The notes under the pieces: model-generated
Seen by the model: only the letters and a program-made list of their open reading frames with translations
The model's database searches: none
Told to the model about the DNA's origin: nothing
Made by a program: the position numbers and the translations under genes
Assembly (NCBI GenBank): GCA_034367065.1
Contig: JAXMLV010000054.1
Location: forward strand, 32,541-96,540
Source: Flavobacteriaceae bacterium
GTDB taxonomy: Bacteria > Bacteroidota > Bacteroidia > Flavobacteriales > Flavobacteriaceae
Direction of reading: 5' to 3'
Length of the DNA: 64,000 nt
Shown: positions 56,021-64,000 of the stretch, in pieces
How the letters are laid out: every line of letters begins with the position of its first letter
Position numbering within the stretch: position 1 is the stretch's first letter

Positions 56021-57367
56021 TTAGCCTACTTCGATTTGTCCGCTGATTTTTTTGTGCAATAAAATGGCTTGACTATCGGTCAACATCGAGATATAACCGC
56101 AAACATCCAACAATCGATTGTAAAGAGACGAATCTTGATATTGAGCTAATTTTTCAGGCATATTTTTCAATACTATTTTGTCATAATGATTGAGCTTGTT
56201 CTCCATCTGATTGACGATTGATTGAACAAACACAGCCAACAAATCGTTGATGATTTTAAAGCCGGCAACTTCTTTTTCGAGTACTTCTCTGCTTTGATAA
56301 ATTTTGTGGATGCTCAAATTGATAATGTCATTCATCTGAGCTTTAAAAATAGATTTATCCAAAAGCGATTGTTCAAAAGTGCCGTTGAGAATAGCTTCTT
56401 CATTTTCCATGAATACCCGAACAGCTTCCTGAATCAAGGTGTTGATGGAAATGGCTCTCAGGTAGGCAACGCGTTCATCGAGAAATTGCAAACCCGTGTA
56501 TTTTTGCGTATCAATCTGAACAGCGACGAGTTTGATTAAGTATTCGAGCGCGAATTCTTCAGGTATCCATCCGAGGTTGATGCCGTCTTCGAAGTCGATG
56601 AGTGTATAACAAATATCATCGGCAGCTTCTACCAAATAGGCTAATGGATGTCTTGCAAATGATTTCGATTCTCTTAGGTTTTGGTCTAATCCGAGCTCGG
56701 AAGCCAAATCTTCAAAAAAATCTTTTTCAGTTTGAAAAAAGCCAAATTTTTTATCAGCCACATGGGGTGTCGGTTTGTGCGGCAATGAAGCCTTTGGATA
56801 CTTGATAAATGCACCGAGCGTGGCGTAAGACAAACGAAGCCCGCCTTTTTCTTGTCCGTGACGTGTCAGAATTCGGAGTCCGTTCGCGTTTCCTTCAAAG
56901 TGTGTAAGATCGTGCCATTGGGCATCGCTGAGTTTGTTTTTATAGATTTGCCCTGCTCCATTGCTAAAAAAATGACCAATCGCTTTTTCTCCCGAATGGC
57001 CAAATGGCGGATTGCCAATGTCGTGTGCCAGTGCGGCAGAGGCGGTGATGCTTCCGAAATCATTCGATTGGTAACCCAAAATTTCTCTTAAAGACGGGTG
57101 CTTTTCCAATATTCTTTTACCGGCACTTCTGCCCAGCGAGCGAGCCACTACCGATACTTCAAGGCTGTGGGTAAGCCGGGTGTGAACAAAATCGGTTTTT
57201 GACAGCGGAATGACTTGCGTTTTGTCTTGCAACAATCGGAAAGGTGCTGAAAACACGATACGATCATAGTCAACATCAAAGCCCAAACGGGTATCGTCTT
57301 GCTCTTTGCGGAGTCGTTTGTGCTTATCGCCGTAACGTTTTAAAGAAAGTAATTGATCCCACTTCAT
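56021..57367 (-). CDS. dgt: dGTPase-like deoxynucleoside triphosphate triphosphohydrolase (HD domain)
   Basis: ...RLTHSLEVS... and ...AHDIGNPPFGH... HD motifs are present. The ORF is 448 aa. Confidence 0.85.
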   Translation of the reverse strand: MKWDQLLSLKRYGDKHKRLRKEQDDTRLGFDVDYDRIVFSAPFRLLQDKTQVIPLSKTDFVHTRLTHSLEVSVVARSLGRSAGKRILEKHPSLREILGYQSNDFGSITASAALAHDIGNPPFGHSGEKAIGHFFSNGAGQIYKNKLSDAQWHDLTHFEGNANGLRILTRHGQEKGGLRLSYATLGAFIKYPKASLPHKPTPHVADKKFGFFQTEKDFFEDLASELGLDQNLRESKSFARHPLAYLVEAADDICYTLIDFEDGINLGWIPEEFALEYLIKLVAVQIDTQKYTGLQFLDERVAYLRAISINTLIQEAVRVFMENEEAILNGTFEQSLLDKSIFKAQMNDIINLSIHKIYQSREVLEKEVAGFKIINDLLAVFVQSIVNQMENKLNHYDKIVLKNMPEKLAQYQDSSLYNRLLDVCGYISMLTDSQAILLHKKISGQIEVG

Positions 57368-57562
57368 TTTTTCAGGATTGATTTATGTAAAAATTAAAGA
57401 CAAAAATAGCTTTTTAAATACTTAAAAGCGAACAGAAAACAGCCTTAACACAGCTAACATTAAGCTAACATTTTAATCAAGGATACTTAATGTATGATTA
57501 ACACAGACTTTACGGTGGTGTATTTCCTTTGCCACGAACAAAAATGAAAACAGAATTTTCTG

Positions 57563-60367
57563 ATGAAAAATATTATACTAACCATTTTTCTTTCAATTAC
57601 AGCATTCGGATTTGCTCAGCAAGCCACCATCAAAGGGACGGTGAATGACAAAGATGCTGACAACCAAACCTTGCCGTTTGCAAACGTACAAATAAAAGGA
57701 ACTTCCATTGGAACTACTACCGATTTAGATGGTTTCTTTACTTTAACCGTTGCACCCGGCACGTACACGATCGTGTTCAGTTTTATCGGTTATGAAACCA
57801 TCGAAATACCTAATTTAAAGGTTAATGCAGGTGAAACCATCACAGTAAATCAGGCACTCGGCGCAGGTTCTGTGGTTTTGGAAGCAGTTGAAGTCAGTGC
57901 GACCATCACCCGTGAGTCTGAATCGGCTATCCTAACCGAACAAAAAACGGCCACCATCATGCAAACCAAAATTGGCTCGCAAGAGTTGTCTAGAAAAGGG
58001 GTAGGTGATGTAGCATCGGGTTTGACCAAGGCAACAGGAATCGCTCGTGAAAGTGGAAAGTTTTACATCCGCGGTTTGGCAGACCGATATAACAACGCTT
58101 ATTTAAACGGGTTACCACTTCCTTCGATAGACCCAAAGTTAAAACTGATTAACCTTGAAATATTTTCAACCAATGTGGTCGAAAATTTAGGTATATATAA
58201 AACCTATACACCGGAATTATACGGTGATTTTGCCGGAGCGAGTATCAACATCGATACCAAAGACAATCCGGGAAACGGATATTTGGAAATCGAAGTTGGA
58301 TCTAGTGTGAATTCAAATGCGCAGTTCAACGATTTTTTTTTGCTCAACGGTAGTAAGTACGATTACTTCGGTATAGAAGACGGATCGCGCAGACCACCTT
58401 CATTATTAAGAGCATTTAAGGCTGCCGGGCTTACTTATGACAGCCGCCGCGCACCAATTTACCAATTTGACACTTCTTTCAATCCTTCCAAAAGATTTGG
58501 TGATCCAAACACCAATGTTTCGGTAAATGCGGGGAAAAGATTCAAAACCGGTGGAGAATCTCGTTTGGATGTGATTGTAAACGGCTCGTTTTCTCAAAAT
58601 CAAAAAGCTTCGTTGGATGGACTTGATGTGGCACTCAATGCACAAGGCGAAGTTTTGCAGTCTTCTTTTTTCGGCAATGATTTCAAAAAATATGAATTTA
58701 CAACCAATGCAACTTTGTTGGGAAGTTTGGTTTTTCGCTCCGATTTGAACAACAAATTCAGCTATACTGCTTTGCTCATCAACGACACCAGCGATGAACT
58801 TCGAGAAATCAGCGGGGTATCGGGAGAAAATGCAGACAATATCTTGAAAGTAAGAAGGGGGACTTTTAAACAAAACACCCTTCAAACGCACCAATTGGCG
58901 GGCCAACACCTGTTTAATAACAGACAATTTGTTTTCGATTGGGGTGGATCTTACAGCCGATCAACTGGAAATGTACCGGAACGGAGACAATTGTTTTTCA
59001 CTGAACTTTCGGATGGCAGAACGGTTTTCGGAAAATCTGGAGCCAACAACAATTCAGACAACCATCGTTTTTACCAGAATTTGGACGAAAATGATTACAG
59101 TGCAAAATTTTCTTTGGATGTGAATTTGGGAAAAGACGCAGATGGGAATTTTAAACACAAATTTACCGTGGGATTGAATGTCCGTGATAAATCGAGAGAT
59201 TTTCGCGCACAGCAAATCAATATTTTCTTCGATGCACTTCAAAATGAAAATGTTGACTTCAGAAACCCGGATGCCTTGTTGTCTCAAGAAAATTTTGAGC
59301 GAGAAGTTTACCATGTCGAAGAATTTATCCGCCCGCAAAATTCGTATAAAGCCGATTTGAGAAACTTTGCTTCGTTTGCCAATTTTGAATTCAAATTTTC
59401 TGACAGACTTATCGTCAATGCCGGTCTTAGAATCGAAGATTACAGACAGCGCGTGTTTTTTGCGCCCGAAGGATTGATTGATGTGATAAAAGAAGAAAGT
59501 ATTGATGAAGATTTCTATTTGCCGAGTTTGAGTGTAAAATACGCTTTAAACGAAAAATCAAACCTGCGTTTTGCCTCCAGCAAGACTGTTACATTGCCTT
59601 TGTTTACTGAATTAGCTCCGTTTTTGGATGAAGACATCAACGAATCGACTTTGGGAAATGTTCTGCTCAAACAATCTGACAATTACAATGTCGATTTGAA
59701 ATGGGAATATTTTCCGGATAGAAATGAGATTATTTCAGCAACTGCTTTTTTCAAATACCTGGACTCACCCATCGAAAAAGTAAGAGTGGCATCGGTCAAT
59801 AACAACGTTTCTTTTGTCAATTCAAACGAAGCATTGGTCGCCGGAATCGAGTTGGAATACCGCCAAAAATTAGGTAAAATATTCGGAAGCGGTCAATACA
59901 GCGCGCTCAATGATTTCTACTTGGGTGCCAACGCTACCGGCATGTTCACCGAAGTTCGATTGGATCCGACAGTAACCATCGGCAACGGATCGAGCATCGC
60001 GCCAACCAACACCACGCGCAGAATGCAAGGCGCGTCTCCTTTTTTAATCAATGCAGACATCAACTACAACAAAATCTTCGGCAAACACGACTTGAGTACC
60101 ACCTTGGATGTCAATTACTTTGACGACCGCATCTACGCAGCCGGCGGAAACGAAGTGGATGATGTGTATGAAAAAGGTTTTGCAACACTCAATTTCACCT
60201 TGGTGGACAAAATCGGCGAACATTTTGAGTTCAAGATTACCGGAAGAAACCTTTTAGATCCTAACATAGAAAGATACCAAGACCAACGCAGTTTGGGAAG
60301 AGAGATAACCGTCAGTAAATTTAATCTCGGAGCAGACTTTGGATTGGGAGTTACCTATAAATTTTAA
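57563..60367 (+). CDS. TonB-dependent receptor with an N-terminal CarboxypepD_reg-like domain
   Basis: It has a signal peptide, ...IKGTVNDKDADNQTLPFANVQIKGT..., a plug region, a long barrel and a terminal ...GVTYKF. Confidence 0.8.
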   Translation: MKNIILTIFLSITAFGFAQQATIKGTVNDKDADNQTLPFANVQIKGTSIGTTTDLDGFFTLTVAPGTYTIVFSFIGYETIEIPNLKVNAGETITVNQALGAGSVVLEAVEVSATITRESESAILTEQKTATIMQTKIGSQELSRKGVGDVASGLTKATGIARESGKFYIRGLADRYNNAYLNGLPLPSIDPKLKLINLEIFSTNVVENLGIYKTYTPELYGDFAGASINIDTKDNPGNGYLEIEVGSSVNSNAQFNDFFLLNGSKYDYFGIEDGSRRPPSLLRAFKAAGLTYDSRRAPIYQFDTSFNPSKRFGDPNTNVSVNAGKRFKTGGESRLDVIVNGSFSQNQKASLDGLDVALNAQGEVLQSSFFGNDFKKYEFTTNATLLGSLVFRSDLNNKFSYTALLINDTSDELREISGVSGENADNILKVRRGTFKQNTLQTHQLAGQHLFNNRQFVFDWGGSYSRSTGNVPERRQLFFTELSDGRTVFGKSGANNNSDNHRFYQNLDENDYSAKFSLDVNLGKDADGNFKHKFTVGLNVRDKSRDFRAQQINIFFDALQNENVDFRNPDALLSQENFEREVYHVEEFIRPQNSYKADLRNFASFANFEFKFSDRLIVNAGLRIEDYRQRVFFAPEGLIDVIKEESIDEDFYLPSLSVKYALNEKSNLRFASSKTVTLPLFTELAPFLDEDINESTLGNVLLKQSDNYNVDLKWEYFPDRNEIISATAFFKYLDSPIEKVRVASVNNNVSFVNSNEALVAGIELEYRQKLGKIFGSGQYSALNDFYLGANATGMFTEVRLDPTVTIGNGSSIAPTNTTRRMQGASPFLINADINYNKIFGKHDLSTTLDVNYFDDRIYAAGGNEVDDVYEKGFATLNFTLVDKIGEHFEFKITGRNLLDPNIERYQDQRSLGREITVSKFNLGADFGLGVTYKF

Positions 60368-60403
60368 TAATCATAAACTTCAATTATTTAAATCACAACT
60401 AGA

Positions 60404-61693
60404 ATGAAAACAATTAAACTTTTTTTCGGATTGATATTGGCTTCAACTGTCCTTTTTCAATCATGTACAGAAAATGACGAGTCCATTGGCAGCATCGTCA
60501 TTGAAGGAGACACCATCAACAATGACAATGGCGGCGGGACAACACCTCCACCCACCAATGAAGTGGTAGTTTTGCAAGGAAGCATCACAACCAACACAAC
60601 GCTCGAATCTTCCAAAACCTACGAATTGAAAGGTGGCGTAACGGTTGAAAGCGGCGCAACACTTACTATCCAAGCCGGAACAAAAATTATAGCCGGAAGC
60701 GAAAGCGGTGTTTTTGCTTTTCTTTTGATTGCACAAGGTGCCAAAATTCAAGCCATCGGAACCGCTTCACAACCCATCGTGTTTACTTCTAAAAACGCTA
60801 CACCTAATGCAGGCGACTGGGGTGGATTGCTACTTGCGGGAAAAGCACCGATTAACCGCGGATTGACTGCTACTTCTGAAGTTGCGAACGCTACGTATGG
60901 CGGAACGGATCCGTTGGATAATTCAGGCACATTGAGCTATGTCCGTTTGGAATTTACCGGTGGTAAAATCAATGCGGATGCCGAGTTCAACGGATTGTCA
61001 CTCTATGGTGTAGGCAGCGCCACAACCATCGATCACATACAGGTTTTCCAAGGCAATGACGACGGTTTTGAATTTTTCGGCGGAACCGTAAACACCAAAT
61101 ATTTGGTATCTGTCGGTGCCAAAGACGACCTTTTCGACTGGACAGATGGATGGATTGGCAAAAACCAATTTTGGGTAGGCCTTCAAACATCTATCGAAGG
61201 AGACAGGGGTATTGAAGCAGACAATTTGAGTTCAAACCGTTTGGCAACACCAATTTCAAATCCGGTCATAGCCAATATAACTTTGGTAGGTGCAGAAGAT
61301 GGTGACGGCGGCAACCAAGCCATGAAACTTCGCGAAGGAACACAAGTTAAAATATTCAACGCCATAGCAAAAGGATTTTCCAGAAGAGGTGTTCAAGTAG
61401 AACATGACGAAACCATCACCCAATTAAACGACGGAAAAATTACAGTCGAATGGTCAATCATTGACAATGTTAATCCGTTTGTATATACCGGAACAGCAGT
61501 AACCGCAACGGTTGATTTTGCTAATCCTTCATTTAATAATTCTACAGCTCCTGTTACACTTACACAATCTGTTTTCGGAACATTTCCAAGCAGTTTTAAC
61601 CCATCAACCTTAGATCCTTTCTTCTCAAGCGCAGCTTTTATCGGTGGTGTTTCCGCAGAAGACAATTGGATGGCGGGTTGGGTACGTTTTTAA
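60404..61693 (+). CDS. Lipoprotein of unknown function, partner of the preceding TonB-dependent receptor (not SusD-like)
   Basis: It has a lipobox (LFQSCTEN) and Gly/Thr-rich repeats suggestive of a beta-helix (...DDGFEFFGGTVN..., ...DDLFDWTDGW..., ...GDRGIEADN...). It starts 36 nt after the receptor stop. Confidence 0.55.
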   Translation: MKTIKLFFGLILASTVLFQSCTENDESIGSIVIEGDTINNDNGGGTTPPPTNEVVVLQGSITTNTTLESSKTYELKGGVTVESGATLTIQAGTKIIAGSESGVFAFLLIAQGAKIQAIGTASQPIVFTSKNATPNAGDWGGLLLAGKAPINRGLTATSEVANATYGGTDPLDNSGTLSYVRLEFTGGKINADAEFNGLSLYGVGSATTIDHIQVFQGNDDGFEFFGGTVNTKYLVSVGAKDDLFDWTDGWIGKNQFWVGLQTSIEGDRGIEADNLSSNRLATPISNPVIANITLVGAEDGDGGNQAMKLREGTQVKIFNAIAKGFSRRGVQVEHDETITQLNDGKITVEWSIIDNVNPFVYTGTAVTATVDFANPSFNNSTAPVTLTQSVFGTFPSSFNPSTLDPFFSSAAFIGGVSAEDNWMAGWVRF

Positions 61694-61716
61694 TATTCAT
61701 TTGATTTGTAGTAGTT

Positions 61717-61756
61717 AAAGTCCCGAAAATTCATTTTCGGGACTTTTTGTTTTTTC
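61717..61756 (+). terminator. Rho-independent terminator
   Basis: The perfect hairpin AAAGTCCCGAAAA-ttca-TTTTCGGGACTTT is followed by a T-rich run. Confidence 0.8.
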
Positions 61757-61875
61757 GGGGTTTTTTTAAGTTCATTAAACACCCGTTTAATATTAAAGTA
61801 ACAATTTCTTAACATTACATTGGCAAAGTTCACTGACCTTTGGAAAGTGTGTAGTTTGTAAAATTTTATGCTGTC

Positions 61876-63003
61876 ATGGTGAAATCTAAAAAAAAACAAC
61901 CCGGCAAGTTCTACCTTAACTTGCTTGAGGTTTTTGCAAAAGAAAAACTATTTCTTTTAATTATTTTAATAGGGATTTTGCTTGCCGAAATACTGACCGG
62001 CTATGGCCAGGCAGCCATGTGGCTGGGGTTTGCCTTTGCTGCTTACGCGGCTGTTTCAAACGACAGCATTCAATCTTTGGGAACCTTTATCGAGAGCAAC
62101 GGAGATAAAAAATGGTGGATTTTGTGGCTTTATGTAGGTGCTATATTTTTAGCTACGGTAACCTTCAGTTGGATTTACTTTGATGGTGATGTCACCTACC
62201 AGCGGTTAGTCAATGCTGCAGGAGAAACACAGTTTCCACACCCTGACAATTTCAGCATTTTTCAGATTATTGCGCCATTGGTATTGTTGATTATTACCCG
62301 TTTGCGTATGCCGGTTTCTACCACATTCTTGCTTTTGAGTGTTTTTAGTGCCGATTCGTCCGGGATAATATCAATGGTCGGCAAAAGTGTTTCGGGCTAT
62401 GTGTTGGCATTTATCTTGTCGTTTGTGGTATGGTACAGCAGCTATAAATTGATACAAAAATTCTTTAAAAAGCGGAAGTCACATCCGGCATGGATGCCGA
62501 TTCAATGGGTTGTAAGTGGAGCACTTTGGTCGGTTTGGGTGATGCAAGACGGTGCGAACATAGCCGTTTTTCTTCCCAGACAACAAACGGCAGTTCACTT
62601 TGCTATTTTTGCAACAACCATCTTTTTGGGATTGGGCATCTTGTTCTACCTGCGGGGAGATAAGATTCAACAGGTAGTGAGCGAAAAAATCAGGATTTCG
62701 GACATTCGAGCGGCTACATTGATTGATTTCACCTATGTAATATTGTTAATTTACAAACTATTTATCAGCCCGATTCCGATGAGTACAACTTGGGTATTTT
62801 TGGGAGTCATTGGCGGAAGAGAGATTGCCATCAGTCTTTCGAGAACAAAATCAGGTGAAAAACACAAGAAAAAAGCTTTTCGTTTGATTGCAAAAGATTT
62901 TATCTACGCGCTGATTGGTTTGGCTATTTCTGTGGTACTTGCATCGGGAGCCAACAAAGCCATCCGCGACGAAGTATTTAGCTATTTTACCAATTTATTT
63001 TAA
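61876..63003 (+). CDS. Polytopic membrane protein, possibly a divergent PiT/PHO4-like protein
   Basis: The 375-aa ORF has many TM segments. ...AAVSNDSIQSLGTFI... weakly resembles the G-x-N-D-x-x-N signature of PiT transporters. Confidence 0.4.
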   Translation: MVKSKKKQPGKFYLNLLEVFAKEKLFLLIILIGILLAEILTGYGQAAMWLGFAFAAYAAVSNDSIQSLGTFIESNGDKKWWILWLYVGAIFLATVTFSWIYFDGDVTYQRLVNAAGETQFPHPDNFSIFQIIAPLVLLIITRLRMPVSTTFLLLSVFSADSSGIISMVGKSVSGYVLAFILSFVVWYSSYKLIQKFFKKRKSHPAWMPIQWVVSGALWSVWVMQDGANIAVFLPRQQTAVHFAIFATTIFLGLGILFYLRGDKIQQVVSEKIRISDIRAATLIDFTYVILLIYKLFISPIPMSTTWVFLGVIGGREIAISLSRTKSGEKHKKKAFRLIAKDFIYALIGLAISVVLASGANKAIRDEVFSYFTNLF

Positions 63004-63021
63004 TTTTTTTACAGCAGAAAG

Positions 63022-64000
63022 GTGGGTGTGTACTGGATTTTAATTGCTGTTATCTTGTTTTTTGCCATTGCCGATTTGATAGTCGGGGTAAGCAACGATG
63101 CCATCAATTTTTTGAATTCGGCCATAGGGTCTAAAGTGGCTTCCCTCAATTCCATCATGATTGTCGTTGCCATCGGTATCTGCTTGGGTACTGTTTTTTC
63201 CAATGACATGATGGAAGTAGCGCGAAAAGGGATATTCAATCCGCAGGCTTTTTATCTCAAAGATATATTGATTATTTTTTTCTCCGTCATGGTAGTTGAC
63301 ATCTTGTTGCTCAACTATTTTAACTCCATCGGAATACCCACTTCTACCACAGTTTCCATCGTTTTTGAACTCTTGGGAGCGGCCCTGGCAATCGCCATTG
63401 TAAAAAACATCGAAGCCCAATCCTTTATCGGATTTTCAACCTATATCAACACCGAAAAAGCCGTCAACATCGTGCTTGGCATTTTTATTTCGATTGTTAT
63501 TGCATTTGTGATAGGTGCGTTGATTCAATTTATCACCCGGGTTGTGATGACCTTTCATTATCAGAAGAAACCAATCTATGTAGCCGGAATTTTTGCCGGA
63601 CTTGCCTTTACTTCCATCCTCTATTTTATTCTTTTCAAAGGATTAAACAGTTTGTCTTCTTTTTCTGCAAGCAACCTTTACATCAAGCAAAACATCAATC
63701 TGCTAATTTTTACTGCTTTTGTTTTTTGGACGGGATTGTCGGTTGCTTTGATTTATTTTTTTAAAGTGAACGTCTTTAAATTGGTCGTACTCATCGGGAC
63801 ATTTGCTTTGGCATTGGCTTTTGCAGGTAACGATTTGGTCAATTTTATCGGTGTTCCCTTGGCAGCTTTTCAGGCACTTCAATCGTGGAATGCTTCCGGC
63901 GTAGATGCAGACTCGTTTTCTATGCATGCTTTTTCGCAAGAAATTCACACACCTATTTGGATACTTTTAGGGTCAGGTTTAATTATGATTACAGCTTTGT
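63022..64000 (+). CDS. Inorganic phosphate transporter, PiT family. The 3' end lies outside the window, and the ORF is absent from the supplied ORF track.
   Basis: Frame 1 is open from GTG 63022 to the window end. It translates to VGVYWILIAV...VGVSNDAINFLNSAIGSK... and later ...FAGNDLVNFIGVPLAA..., giving two PiT-type N-D motifs. Confidence 0.65.
   Translation, partial: MGVYWILIAVILFFAIADLIVGVSNDAINFLNSAIGSKVASLNSIMIVVAIGICLGTVFSNDMMEVARKGIFNPQAFYLKDILIIFFSVMVVDILLLNYFNSIGIPTSTTVSIVFELLGAALAIAIVKNIEAQSFIGFSTYINTEKAVNIVLGIFISIVIAFVIGALIQFITRVVMTFHYQKKPIYVAGIFAGLAFTSILYFILFKGLNSLSSFSASNLYIKQNINLLIFTAFVFWTGLSVALIYFFKVNVFKLVVLIGTFALALAFAGNDLVNFIGVPLAAFQALQSWNASGVDADSFSMHAFSQEIHTPIWILLGSGLIMITAL

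Noticed and set aside
63009-63948. Three minus-strand ORFs (63009-63239, 63040-63420, 63703-63948)
   Set aside because: They are antisense to the plus-strand PiT-family gene, which carries clear transporter motifs. They appear in the track only because the real gene has no stop inside the window.

Overview
This 64-kb chromosomal window comes from a Bacteroidota genome, most likely Flavobacteriia. The supporting signs are a T9SS type-A C-terminal sorting domain, CarboxypepD_reg-type TonB-dependent receptors, a GH97-like enzyme, a DUF2723-like giant membrane protein, and TAnnTTTG -7 promoter motifs in front of many genes. I count about 55 densely packed protein genes plus one tRNA-Gln(TTG). Most are housekeeping genes. 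They include dnaA with two downstream partners (an LMW phosphotyrosine phosphatase and an RsmI-like methyltransferase), hmgA/hppD, pheS, queG, dinB, pdxA, ribE, ribF, an HtrA protease, dapF, mltG, dusB, amt, ssb, plsC, trpS, dgt and a YdiJ-like FAD/Fe-S oxidase. I see no rRNA, no CRISPR array and no intact transposase or integrase. The unusual spots are these: (1) A gene fusing a RhuM-like domain to a Doc-type Fic domain sits between hmgA and hppD with no visible antitoxin. (2) A visibly AT-rich two-gene type II restriction-modification cassette lies between queG and dinB; it pairs a PD-(D/E)XK nuclease with an m5C methyltransferase whose variable region is about 270 aa, and it is bracketed by a short imperfect direct repeat. 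(3) A degenerate IS630-family transposase relic lies downstream of dinB. (4) A 62-aa ORF consists only of a signal peptide, a poly-Pro tract and a P-I-D/TM/basic sorting-signal-like tail, and it has its own -7 box. (5) A GxxExxY (PD-(D/E)XK) gene has its 3' end and downstream palindromic element tandemly repeated about 2.8 times, abutting the stop-interrupted relic of a PQQ-dependent dehydrogenase. (6) A 72-bp duplication of the tRNA-Gln 3' end plus its terminator looks like an att-type scar. (7) Two tandem paralogous Cys/His-containing lipoproteins sit next to two rhodanese genes. (8) A PadR-led four-gene membrane/ABC operon has no known function. I did not recognise a clear-cut novel multi-gene system. 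All calls come from reading the translations and the DNA by eye, with no database search, so family names are recollections and need HMM or BLAST confirmation.
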